A DNA stretch of 57,667 bases from Ancylonema sp. (taxonomy: Eukaryota), in the NCBI GenBank assembly GCA_050230475.1, contig JBFLGF010000189.1:1-57667 (forward strand). The letters run 5' to 3'. The position numbers and the translations under genes were made by a program. The number at the start of each line of letters is the position of its first letter. Position 1 is the first letter of the stretch. This document shows, piece by piece, positions 13,801-26,600 of the stretch. Below the pieces are notes generated by a model. It did not search any database. It was not told the origin of the DNA and saw only the letters and a program-made list of their open reading frames with translations.

Positions 13801-14527
13801 GGCGCGCTGTGGCTGTATTTGGTTTGCTTTGCAGGAGTGGATCATGGAGCAGTGGGAGACGAACTTCTACATCAGCGCGATCGCAGGGTCAACCAACGGA
13901 ACCTCGCTGGTCGTCATGTCCAAGGGTAAGTCCCCACACAGACACAGGAACAGGAAACAGGACCAATTTCCGTTCAGGCCGCCAATAATATGTCACCCGA
14001 AACCCCCCCTGTTCTCCTCAGGGACGTCGTACACCCAGCAGTCGTACAAAGTGAGCGACTCCTTCCCCTTCAAGTGGATCAACAAGAAGTGGCGTGAGGG
14101 GTTCTACGTCACCTCCATGGCCACAGCAGGGAGCCGGTGGGGGGTGGTCATGTCCCGGAATGCGGGCTTCACGGACCAGGTGGTAGAGCTGGACTTCCTG
14201 TACCCGAGTGAGGGCATCCACAGGCGATGGGACACCGGGTACCGCATCACTTCCACAGCAGCCACTTGGGATCAGGCAGCCTTTGTGCTCAGCGTGCCCA
14301 GGAGGAGGCCAGCAGATGAGACGCAGGAGACGCTGAGGACGTCGGCGTTCCCGAGCACGCACGTGAAGGTTGGGGGGGGGGGGGGGGTGGGGAAGAGAGG
14401 TGGGATGGCGATCCTTGGTTGGGTGCAGAGAGCTTACGGAGTCGAACGTGTCGTGTGTGGTTGGCAGGAAAAGTGGGCGAAGAATCTCTACATCGCTGCT
14501 GTTAGTTATGGACGGACAGTGTCTTGA
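10828..14527 (+). CDS. MUT9-like / photoregulatory (plant-specific casein kinase 1, MLK/PPK/HD16-type) Ser/Thr kinase, multi-exon
   Basis: Exons encode [64 protein letters not shown] and [10 protein letters not shown], plus the MLK-specific C-terminal domain ([48 protein letters not shown]). An additional 5' exon is possible. Confidence 0.93.
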
Positions 14528-16135
14528 TGGAGCACAGGATTCTCATCTCCTTTTTCTCTTTAAAGCATTGCTGACCAGGGATAAAATCTAATTGCATATA
14601 GGAACATTGGTAATGTGTTGTAGACATGTATGGGCAACGGCTGGTGTAATGTAGACCCTCATTTAGTCCTGGGTGGTTCGCCGCACATCAGGACTGGTGT
14701 CGTCTGAACAACAATATAGTGTGAGTTTAGGCTTCCTATCACATGGTGTTTAGTGCTTGGGAAGGCGATCAAGAATTGGTAGGTGTGTGGAGGGCGGGGT
14801 TGGTAGGTGTGCGGTGGCTTTGCATAGGGTTCCGAGCATGTGTTGTTGTTTCACATTGTATCGCAAATAAAAGCTTGAGCTTTGCATATTTAGTCTCTTT
14901 TCGTTTGGATTTACACTTGGGATGGGGTTGACTTGCCTCTAGACTAAATAATGCTAAAAATGTTCGGGTTATTATAATTTGTGTTGAAAATCTGAACTTC
15001 ACGAGGGAGTAAAAAGGGTGACGCATTCACCTTTTCACCAACACGTTTGAACAAGGGGTGATGAATAGGAAGCAATGAGATAGCAATCACTTCTAACGAG
15101 GGTGGTCTCACGAAGATTTCACAAGCTACTACTCGGTGAAATGCTCAGTGTAATGATCTTTGAGTGTCGAGTTTATACAACTCAAAATACAACGTCTTCA
15201 ATATCTGTGATGGCTTAGAGGAGCACGCCAAAGAGAAGGTGAGCGTGAAATTCAGCAACAATGAGAAATCGAGTGGAAGTGGTCGTCAAAGAGGAATTGT
15301 CTAAGCGGTTTTTGCACATTCCAAGTTTCATCTTCATCTTTTCATCCGATTTAGACTGTGATAACGAATCAAATTTCTTTTGCAAATCCCCCTCTATCCA
15401 CCCCAATGAGTTCACATGGCGCGAAATCGAACAATATTATTGACGGATTTCACACCCATACCGTTTTTTTGTGTTTGGGTCATTGACATGTGTTGTGGGA
15501 GTTTGGTGTGCCAAGAGCATGTAACTTGGAGAGGTAAGAAAACATCAGTAGGACCTTTGGGATCCTTGTTTTGTAGTTGAAACATGTGTCAACGAAATGG
15601 TGCCCTCCGCTTTAGTTTCTCGATCTCATTGGATAATGTTTGGTGCACAATTTTACAATTTTGGTGCCATACATATCTGATTTAGCAGTTAGTGTTATCA
15701 CTATGTCGTGATTTTGTCCTCAATTGATCATAATCATCATGGTCATCCGTTTTTGTGTTTTTTTTTTTCAATTTGCACCTTTCGAGAAAGTTACATGTAA
15801 TTCGCACATTGTTTCGATCAATTTACATACTAGCTTTTCCAACCATCTTCTATTCCTGCTTACAATTTGAATTTTGACTCACACTCCTCTTATTTTTCCC
15901 TCGCTATAAAAAAAAGTGCTTTGTGTGCAATCGTGCATGTATTGCCAATTCTTGCCTTTGGAATATTGACTTCAATAGCGTAGCTTACATAATCTTCGAT
16001 ATTTTCGAATTTCTTGTTCAGTCTTAATTCCTATAAGTAAATCATCTCGTACGAATCCCACGACCACACATGTGATACGTGTCAACACAGTAATTTGAAT
16101 TTGAAGTATAGTTGCAAGTCTAAGGAATGCATATA

Positions 16136-16372
16136 CCGTAGTGGCCACACATAATGACCCGCAAATAATTATGAGAAGGGTGGGTCGGGTCAAATTAAAT
16201 AATTCATTTTTTATAAAAAGTGGGTCATTTCATAATATGGGTCACCATATAACAAATATTTCCAAGGATTTTGACAATTTTCTTTTGGGTGCGCGGGTTG
16301 GGTCAAGTGGTGGTTTTTAAGCTAAATTAATTCGTTTTAAAAAACCCGGGTCATTATGTATGGCCACTACGG
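16136..16372. mobile_element. MITE family A, copy 2
   Basis: TIRs CCGTAGTGGCCACACATAATGACCCG / CGGGTCATTATGTATGGCCACTACGG. Reverse-complement homolog of 7958-8185. Confidence 0.8.
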
Positions 16373-16854
16373 GATGTTGTGTGTACACATTGAACACATA
16401 TGTTACAAAAACAATAGTATTGGGGACGAGAAAAAAACTAGTGGTGTCTTGTGACGATATGAACGATGCAAAACTAGGAATGTTGGAAGGTGCGAAACAG
16501 ATGAGGTGGGTGGTTCTATATTATAAACGTGTGCGGTACAACACAAACATAGGCACTCAATGTCCCGATTTGGTTACTTCGTCAAAATTAAGTATTTGTC
16601 TATTGTTATCATCGGGTGTCCCACCTCGACATTCTAAAATGTCCTAAATTATTGACAACAACATTGTAATCAAGGCTGATTCTGGTGAGAGTGTACTACT
16701 ACGATCAGGATTCCGATTTTGAAGGACATCAAGACAAGGTAAATCGAGATTCTTTGGATCGGACATCTAAACATTGGGGTACCAAAGGTTGAATATAAGA
16801 TTGCTAACTACATTGACAACCGTGTTTGATCACTGCATTGTAAAAAAAATGCAT

Positions 16855-19505
16855 TCACGTGGCAACCTCTCGAATGGCGGAAAGCGGAAGAGAGGCAAGT
16901 ATCTCCGGAGGCCATGGGTTGTGTTGTCGAGATTTCACCGTCTTCAATGCTCGCCACACAACACTCCCGCACTTAAAGCCGCTACCAAAGGCGATTTGCC
17001 ACACCCGGTCGCCTCTTTTGACCCGACCCTTCGCCTCGCAATACGCTAGCTCGTACCACACGGAAGCCGAAGAAACGTTTCCGAATCGATAGAGCGTCGC
17101 AAGGGAAGGCTCCATGTGGCGATCTTGGAGCCGCAAGTTCGCTTGCATCGTATCAATAACACTCTTTCCGCCCGCGTGAATGCAAAAGTGTTGGAAGGCC
17201 GTCGTGAAGTCCGGCACGTACGACTTGGCCTTGCGATTGAATATGCGCTTGTGAAAAGAACGAAAGACAAAGCGGAGTTGCTCCGAGAATGGCAAGACGA
17301 GTGGGCCAAGCACGGTGAGGTTCATCTTCACAGCCTGTGGATTAAAAAATTTAAAAAAAAAAAAAAAACAAACAAAAACAAGACAAAAACTTTTGAAACT
17401 TTGTTTATGGAAAGCTTGCATCTTCAATAACATAGGCTATTGAAAAGAAACGCAAGCATCCTCATTCATATGATTTTCTTATGTATTCTAGGGAGGGTAA
17501 ACGTGGCTTGACAAAGTATAATATTATGGAGACTCAAGACACGTACATATTCTGTTTTGCATGATCATATCGTTGATACTCGGATCGTTCATTTGCATCG
17601 GGATACTTCATTTACACCTCGGTTTACTTAATCTCTCGGGTCTATTTTAACAACCGTACTCACTTTTATATTTGTTTTTTAGAAAAGGAAGGCCTCTTTA
17701 GGCAACCACGCGAAGTTTCATGTTTAATTTGTAAAAAGGAGGCCTCTTGAAGCAAGCTTTCATCGATAACATTCATAGCTAGCATCGATAATATGCATAA
17801 CTTTTATTGATTGCCACCATTATTGGAGACGTCGTCCCCTCTTATCATCCCAAAAACGTGAAGCGGGGAAGTTTTGTAAGATAAATCAGTTTGAAGCAAG
17901 GGTCTAGTGGAAATAAAATTCACCTTGCCCGCGACTCCCATGAGCGACTTGGAGATTGACACGCCGAGCTCCCCATCTTCGTCCTCCTTGGCTTGGACGC
18001 ACGCGTACGCGTCGTCGTCGGCCCCACAATGCGTCCGTACGGTGTGAAGGAGTTGGTACTTGGCCCGCCGTCGATCTTGGGGGCGGTTGGAGAGGAGCAC
18101 CGCGGAGCAGCCCATGCGGAAGAGACAATTGGTGATGAGCATGTCGCGCCGCTTGCCAAAGTAGTAATTGCGCGAAATGTTCTCCGTGCTCACCAAGAGT
18201 GCGCGAGAATTGGGGTGATTGGCCAAAATGTCTTTGACTAGACCGACACCCAGCATCGATGCACTGTCACAAGTACGAGGAAGTATGTAAAAATATTGGT
18301 AAGATACGACGGGAAGACAAGAAATCAAAATAAAAGGATGGCGTGGATTTTCAGCACTTCCAATTATGTGCCCATCGATACATATTTGTAAGGGATTTCC
18401 AATCAAATTGACCAGATGTACTTTTCGGTCACACATAGCTCAAGATGCACACCGAGGTACTTGCTGATTACGTCAAAGATCTAAAGACTTTGGCACTCAT
18501 GGTTTGTGATCCACGAGCACAAGTTGTTTGCTTTGAAGATCCAGCAAGCTTTTCTAAGGAGGGTAACAAATTTTGTATGATACAAATCAGCAAGACACTT
18601 ATGTTAGTATATGATTTGTCAAACCGGAAGGTGCATGTATATCACCTGCATCCCATGCCTCCCAGATTGTAGGAGATAACGGAGCTCTTGAGTTTGAAGT
18701 GGTTGACGACCATGGCTGCAAGGGATGGCATTGGGCAGAATAGAGTGCAATTGACAATCACAATGTCGATCTCGCAAGGCTTCAATCCCGTCCGTGCGAT
18801 CAGATCCTCCACCGCGTCAAACACGACCGTCTGCGCCTCCCGATTGGCCGCACCAACCGACCTGTCGGGTGGCACCATCCGAAATTCTAGCGGGACGTAC
18901 GTCTCTTGTCCGAATCCAGACTTCTCCATGACCTTCATCTGGAATTCGCGGCTGGCGTCATCAAATGCATCGTTTGTAGCGATCGAATCCCTGAAATTCT
19001 CGTACGACAACTTCATTCGTTCGTCTTTTGGAATGCAGCATCCAAAATCGATCAAGTACACCGACCGGTTCCCCCCCCGTACAACCCAGCACGCCAAGAG
19101 ACCAGCCACGAAGCTTCCTAGAAGCAGAGCACCGATCGGCACATTACTGACGATCCTCCCACTCCAATATGTGCCATCTACTTTCGTCCACATCTGTGGA
19201 TCAGCATCGATGGTTTCCGGTAGCGGCTTCGCAGAAAAGTAGACGACGGGGTATCCAATGAGGTACTCCTTGGCAACTTCACCCAGGCTTCCTATATTAG
19301 ATTTCTCCCACCTGTCTGATATCGATCCCCACAAATTCTGGGCTTCGGTCGCGATACTATCAATAGACACATCTCGCACGCCCAGGGTTGGCCCAATCCA
19401 CTTTATGTACGCAGCCACTGTCAGGATAATGAGCGTAGCATTCCGAATGGACCACCAACTCTTGGCAGGTCCAGGACCTACAGTGCCGCCACTTTCTCAT
19501 GCCAT
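16855..19505 (-). CDS. KCS: 3-ketoacyl-CoA synthase (FAE1/KCS-type very-long-chain fatty acid condensing enzyme), 3 exons; 5' end ambiguous
   Basis: Exons 19505/19418-18646, 18263-17924 and 17334-16855 give hydrophobic N-terminal segments, [36 protein letters not shown] (catalytic Cys), [23 protein letters not shown] (His), RFGNVSSAS (Asn) and [11 protein letters not shown]. The best-context ATG (19505) is followed by an in-frame TGA at codon 3. Confidence 0.9.
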
Positions 19506-20693
19506 TGTTTTTCAGAGCTGAATGACAGAAAGCTCTGACTTTCCACGAGTGCTGAATGGGAAGCGTTGACTATGCAGTGCCGAAAGCTCATTGAAGTGTC
19601 GAATTCGTGGCTAGTCATTCCACTGCATATAAAACACCGCAGTCAGAAGCTGGAGTGACGTAGCCTCGTGTATACGCCTCGTGCAACAAGAGTGTCCCGA
19701 CGGTGGAAGATCACTTTTGTGGTCCACGTCGACATAGCTACTTTCCGTCCCCTTCGAAGATATCCACGACCGAGTACAGGAAGATGGGTTCTGTGCACAG
19801 GAGAGGTTATCGTTAATATTTATTAACTGGGTACTGATTTCAACGGGATCGTTCGGTACGACAAGTTTGTTTATGCTATCGAATATGTCTCGCGGCTCCT
19901 GCCGTACATTACGCACCACTCGACACCTCGTACCCATCAATGTGCAACCTAGAGTGCTCCCCGGCTTGGATTCTGTAAACATCTGTATATTTTGTTCCCC
20001 CCCCCGAGAAAATGACGTGTTTTCATGTTGGTAGACTCTACCAACGTATCGGTCGGTATTAGGGCGGACACACCAGTTCAATAAATATCTATCGATTTCA
20101 GCATCCTGTCGGTGGGAGGCGGTAGAATTACACATGGGGTCCACGTGGGGTCCACGTCGTACTATTTGTCTCATCTGGAACATCAATGAAACCGCGGTCG
20201 TTCATTGCCGCCGATTCGAGGTGAACGGATGATTCAAAGTGCGTCAGAGAGAGCATTTTGTCGATGGACGGTCCAGACCAAGAACAATCAATGATGTGGT
20301 CGCACGTCCGCCGCTGCCGTTAAAATTTGATTTCTCCCAGTTTTTCCACGTTGAATTTCCAGGGAATCCTTTGTCGTACTTAGGGTTGTCAGCGAATGAC
20401 ACGTGTTTGGTGTAAGGATGTTTTGTCGGTAATAACAAGATACGTCTGTCGAACTTTCATCGAAAACAAATCATCCGTGAAGGGGCTGGGAGCCTAGAAT
20501 AACACTCCTGACGTAGACGACAACTCGACATTATCGACACTGGTATACGGTGCGTCGCTCCAGAGAGCTGTGATATTCAAAGGTACTCTATCTCAACTCT
20601 CAGTAAGAACATGATGGTAGAGTTGTGCTGATCCAGAAAGGTGTTACATCTGCGAGAAGTATACGTTGTGTCAATTCAGTTGCAGAAGTCAAG
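19506..20693. promoter_or_regulatory. Candidate bidirectional promoter between KCS and FAAL-ACP-PKSIII
   Basis: The ~1.2-kb head-to-head spacer contains G-box CCACGTGG (20141-20148) within a short CACRTGGGGTC tandem, GACACGTG (~20398) and several other ACGT cores. Function is inferred only. Confidence 0.4.
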
Positions 20694-23600
20694 ATGCCTC
20701 CAAATGGAACGAGCGCTTTGATCACTCAAGAGTCTCCAACTTCAGAAGTAACCAAACCTATATCCCTGAACAACCGTCCCAAGGTCTCTAATGGAAGTCA
20801 CGATTCGGATCCAGAGCTAACAGAAACAAAAGAAGTGGCTCCCAACGGCATCGGGGATGTCGACCCGTCCACATCTCATCAATCTGCAGTGTATGGGCTG
20901 GATCAGACTCGTCCCGGCCCCACGGACGTTCCGGACCCCCGAAAATGGTCCCCCCCACCCTTCGTTTCCCCCCTTCCAGTCGAGGAGCGCCCAGAATGGC
21001 TGCGCGACGAATGTCTTCCGTTCTTGACTCAGTTTGACTTTCATGTGAAGCGGAGTCCCGATAAGAATGCAGTCTCGTGGATCGAGGACAGCGGTCAGGT
21101 GTCCCGATCACTCACGTATTTGGAGTTGCAAGCGCGGTCATGCCAGGTGGCGAGCTGCTTGGCCTCCAAGTGGCGTGCCAAAGAAGGAGATCGCGTTCTC
21201 CTCGTTTACCCCCCGGGACTCGATTTTCTTGTTGCCTTCATCGGCTGTCTCAGAGCGGGTAGAATTACAGGCTCCGTCACTGAAAAATTGATCCCTCCAC
21301 CCAAAACCATATTTCTCAAATTGTCTAGCAATGCATTCGACTAACATGATTTCACGTGAATGGCGTTTCCGAATGTGGACTATGCGTGACCGTGATGGTT
21401 TTGAGTGAGCTCTCCACCTGATTTTGAATAGAAGAATGGTAATATATAAGCTGAATATTTTGTTGATAATATGATCATGGTTTTGTTGATCTCTGGAAGT
21501 AAGAGGTGCCCACAAATGACTACAATGGACCACATAGCAATGCAAGTCAAACTGAGATTCGCCTCGCCGTTTTTGTGAGTTTTGTGATTCATAAAATTTG
21601 AATGAATCAAACAAATGTGGTGCATTAAAAAGATAAAAAAATAAAAATACATAAATGAATAGAGTCGTACAATAATTTTTGGCTTGTCGTCGATTCTTTT
21701 CGATAATTTGCAATTTGGTCCCCTTCATCCATTCCGAGTCTGAACGAAACGGATTTCGTTTGTGTGAGAAGGTAACGTACGGGTTCCCTTAAAGGTTTAT
21801 TTATTTAGCAAATATATCCTTGTCGAATATACAGGGGTCATCGCCGTGCCGGTATATCCCCCCAACCCGATGGATCTCCGCACCGATATTCCAAAGCTGC
21901 GGAAAATAGTGAGCGACTCGGGATCGAAGTTGGTGCTCACAACACGGCTCTACATGAGCGTCCTTCACGCATCCAAGCTGCAGTTCATGACCTGGCCCGG
22001 GGATCGATGGGTCACTACAAATGACCTGCCGGTGAGTAACACGGAGTATTGGAATATTGCACCGTTATTGGGCACATGTTTCTTGAATTGGAAATGAGTG
22101 AATCTCTCCATCCCTGATGATAAGGTGAAGCTTCGTCCCTGACATCGACACCGATATTCAAGGACACACATACTCGAGTGCGTAAAAAACGTTGTGCACT
22201 TGTTCGTTGCAGGATCCGAAAAAATCATGGAAGGCTCTAGAAGTGGTGGAAAAGGCGACCGCGCAAGCCGAGGTTGACGCTTCAGACAAGAGTATCGCTT
22301 TCTTGCAATACACGAGTGGATCGACTAGCGACCCTAAGGGCGTTATTGTCGGTCGTTGTTCCATCGCTCACAACAACATGTTCGTTAGACGGTACGTCGA
22401 CAACGCACCCTCATTCAAGGATGCTCCCAAATTCTCTGAACACAGTCAATGATTTTTCGCTTCCCGAAGCCGTGAAATTGATATTTCAAATTTATCAAAT
22501 TCTGAATTTAATCCGGGGGATCGTCCGTGTATGGTTGGTTTTCAGAACTCTACGGATCGACAGCGAGAGCCGTTTTTTGAGCTGGTTGCCACAGGTCAGT
22601 TTTGACCCTCCTTTCTTCCTTTCGTTTAAAGCATATGTACTACCATGTTTGGCCGAATATCTTGGTTGCTCTTGAATGATTCAGTTATACGAGTATAGTT
22701 TACTGTGCAACCTGCTCATCGATAGCATGTCATCGTTATGTGCTCTGAGATTGAGCTCGTTCAAGACCTAAATCAATTATCATGTAGGTCGATTACCTAG
22801 GGCGATAACTCCGTAGGTATTTTGATCCTTGGATTATTATATGAAACATATTGCAACATTCCAGTCCTGAACTTTCACGTCGTTGCATGACCAATTTACA
22901 CCAAGTCATGTGAGTTCAATATATCTATCTGGAAAGTCAATGATTGCTGACTCATCGTACACCTAACTGGAAAGTAAAACTCGATGATTGCTGACTCAGT
23001 GTGATATTCGTTGCGCAGTATCACGACATGGGCCTCATCGTCGCTTACCTCACCACTCTGTCTGCGGGCGCATCCGGTTTCTACCTTTCTCCAATTTCCT
23101 TCATTCAACGGCCCGCAATGTGGATCCATCTCCTATCCAAACATCGCATCACGCATTCCGCCACCCCTAATTTCGGTCTCGAGCTGTGCGTTCGGAAATT
23201 CTCCCCTGAGCGGGACATTCCGGCGGACGGTCTGGATCTATCTACAGTGGAATGCATCGTCAATGGAGCAGAGCCCGTGCGCGTCGAAAGCATGGTGAAG
23301 TTCAACAAGGCGTTCTCGCCGTATGGCTGGCATCCTTGCGCCATGTGCCCATCATACGGTTTGGCAGAAATGACAGTAGGGGCTACTGCATGGGGTAGCA
23401 AAATGGTAGTGGGACCCCCCAAATGTGGCGGGGAGATATCGATCCAGCAAGATGGTCAAATCGAGACCGTCCACAGTAGCGGTGATCTGGCCGCGAACCC
23501 TCCAGAGCAGGGTCATGCACGAAGCATCGATCCTGTCACGTGCGAAGAGCTACCAGACGGGGAGGTTGGCGAGATATGGATTCGCAGCCCTTCTGTGGCG

Positions 23601-26600
23601 CTTGGATATTGGCGAAAAGAGGTTCTCACACGAGAGATGTTTCACGCCAAGGTTGTCAAGGGCCTGACCAGCTCGCCTTACTTCGGCAAGGATGACATCT
23701 CGTATCTCCGTACGGGCGATCTCGGCTTCATTCTGGACCAGCAACTTTTCATCACTGGGCGCATGAAGGATTTGATAATCCTGAATGGTCGAAACTTCTA
23801 CCCCCAAGATCTTGAGCGCACGGTCGAGAAATCAGATTCTGCTATTCGGCCTGGATGCGTAGCCGCAGTCTGCTTCGTGGGTCCCACCGGCCAGGAATCG
23901 GTGGCGATAGTGGCAGAAGTCAATTCTGCCAAAGTCGGGGCGGCTAGGCTAGTGGAAGTGTCGATGGCAGTTCGTCGTTCAATCGGAGCGGAGCATCGGA
24001 TTTCCCCAACTGTCGTTGCAATCATTCCGCCGCGAACCGTAAGGCTCGCATCCAATTGACTTCCGATGAATTCGAATATATTGTAAAGGCTAATAAATAT
24101 ATTTGTTTTTTACATACACCTTTTTGTTCTTTTTTCGATGGTTGTAGAACAATGTTCAAAGGAGGGGAAGGATTTTCAATGAAAGGATGTATACATACGT
24201 TATCGTGTTTTGAATCTTTCTGAAACCATATGTGTCGATGAACATGAATAAGGAATCATGTCAAAGGGATCGACACGGACTCGATCGATGGTTGAGCCAA
24301 ATGATAGATGAATACACAATATGTATTACTACGTTCCGTTAACTCCATGACTATGTAATGACGTCAAACTTTCCTTGGTGCCAGATTCCCAAGACCACGA
24401 GCGGTAAAATTCGTCGAAGTGAGACGGGCAAAAGGCTTGCAGCTGGAAAACTCACCATCCTCAACACAACTACTTCCGGTCTCAACAAGGTAACAACGAT
24501 GCCGCATCGATTATTACATAAGAGGGGAAAAAAATTAACAAAGCGGCATGCATTGATGCTATTTCAATTCCCATTCGATCCTCCATGACCCCCAATAACA
24601 TTGCATCTCGATAATGCCGCCTCGCTTGCCCCTCTTCTCAGGGCACCAATACTACCAACCCCCCCACCACCGCCTCAAGCAACCCCTTGAACCCTCTCGA
24701 GTCTCTTCTCAATTGTTGGCAACAACTTTTTGGGGGCCCCACTGTCGCTCCCACCAACAGCATCGAAGCGGCCGTGCTTGATATTCTAGGAGTGCCACCT
24801 GGCACAAAGCTTCGGGGTAGTGATACTCTCTCCTCATTAGGCCTAACAAGTTTGTCTTCTGTCGAAGTTGCCGAGCTCATTCAAGATCGGACCGGAAAAT
24901 TGATCCCCCTCGAGCAACTATCGGCATTTTCACTAAGCGACATCCGAAAACTGAAAGGTGCAAAGCCGAAGGAGGCGACGATGGATATCACATCCAAATA
25001 TACTCAAGCGTCCGAGGGACAAGGGCTCAAACCGATTGCAGGCATTCTATCGTTTGGGACCGCCAACCCAGAGCAAGTTCACACTCAAGCTGTCTTCGCC
25101 CGAGACTACCCCAACGCGGTCAATATGGACGCCGAGTCAAGAATTAGGTTCAACAAAATTTGTAAGATCATCCACTCCTACCTGGTCTCTTGACATGGCG
25201 ATATTGAGGGTGGGATCCAAATTGTAGTCATTTTTGTTACTACAGTAACATAGATAATGCCAACAACCAGGGCATATTCAATGCGAGATTCACGCGTATT
25301 CAACGCAGATTCACGATTCAAAAAAATATTCAAACTTGTGCATGAATATACTAGTGCATGAATGAATGGTGATTGATCGGGCTAACTAGAGCTCAACAAT
25401 TTTCAGGCGAGATGTCCGGAATCGAAACTCGGCACATGGCTATGGAGGAGACGGTAGTGGAAGCCAATCCGGATCTGCGCATCTATGGTCGCCCCTCCCT
25501 TAAGGCCCGCCAGGACATTCTGGCGGTTGAAGGCCCCAAACTCGCACACGAGGCATGTGCAAAGGCATTGGCAGCGTGGGGTGGGCCGAGGGAGGCCATC
25601 ACTCACCTCATTGTTGTGACAGTGAGTGGGGTCCACTTGCCGGGAAGTGATTTGGCGCTCACCAAATCTCTCGGCTTGCGAAATGATGTCGGTCGCGTTA
25701 TGTTGCACATGTTGGGATGCTACGCTGGGGTCACCGGACTCCGTATTGCCAAGGACTTGGTGGAAAACAATCCTGGCGGTCGAGCGCTCGTTGTGTGTGT
25801 TGAGCTTAACAGTCTCATTTTCCAGGTACGCGAAATGGAAATAACAAGGACAACAAACTCATTTCCCATATCGTTGTGTGTCCTACTTTCTTTGATGAAC
25901 ATGTTTACGTTCTGATGCGACCGATGGCACACATTTTAACTATTTTGCATTGAGCTCAATTTCGGACGCAATAACCAAATCGTGTGCCTCGTGTCGGGTG
26001 TAGGCTCCTCATGATTCCCTCCCGGACAGTCTTGTCACTGCTGCTATCTTCGGAGACGGGGCAGCAGCACTTGTGATTGGTGCGGGCGACCTGCCCCCTA
26101 CCACATCAGCTTCTGCCCCCCTTGCGACCGAATCCCCTCCCATCGACGAGATTGTTGTCGCTCGCACCACCTATGTTCCTGAGAGCGAAAGACACATCGC
26201 TGGAGATCTGACTGAAGCAGGGCTACTGGTGCATCTGAAGCGGGAAGTGCCTCTGGTGCTCCCCCAACCTGTCAAGGACTTTTCGACGCGTCTCTTGAGC
26301 ATCGCTGGGGCAAGCTTCGAGGACAGCTTTTGGGCGGTGCATCCTGGAGGACGGGCGATTCTGGATGCTATTGAGAGGAAATGCCAGCTGGCACCTGACC
26401 AACTCGCAGCGAGCAGGTGGGGAAACCTTATAATCTCAAAAATTAGCCTGATTGTCTGCTTTCAAATTTGTGTACCACTCATGTCTTTTTGTCTGCAAAA
26501 TATGCTGACCAATTCAGGAATTTATTTTCAGGGAGGTGCTGCGGCGTTTTGGTAACATGTCGTCAGGCTCCGTCCTATTTGTGCTCGATGTCATGCATCA

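Noticed and set aside
18688..19242. 184-aa plus-strand ORF
   Set aside because: Antisense shadow of KCS exon 1, with no motifs of its own.
19611..20186. 191-aa ORF in the KCS-PKS spacer as a possible third cluster gene
   Set aside because: Non-ATG/weak start, no recognisable domain and no exon structure. It probably lies in promoter/UTR sequence.
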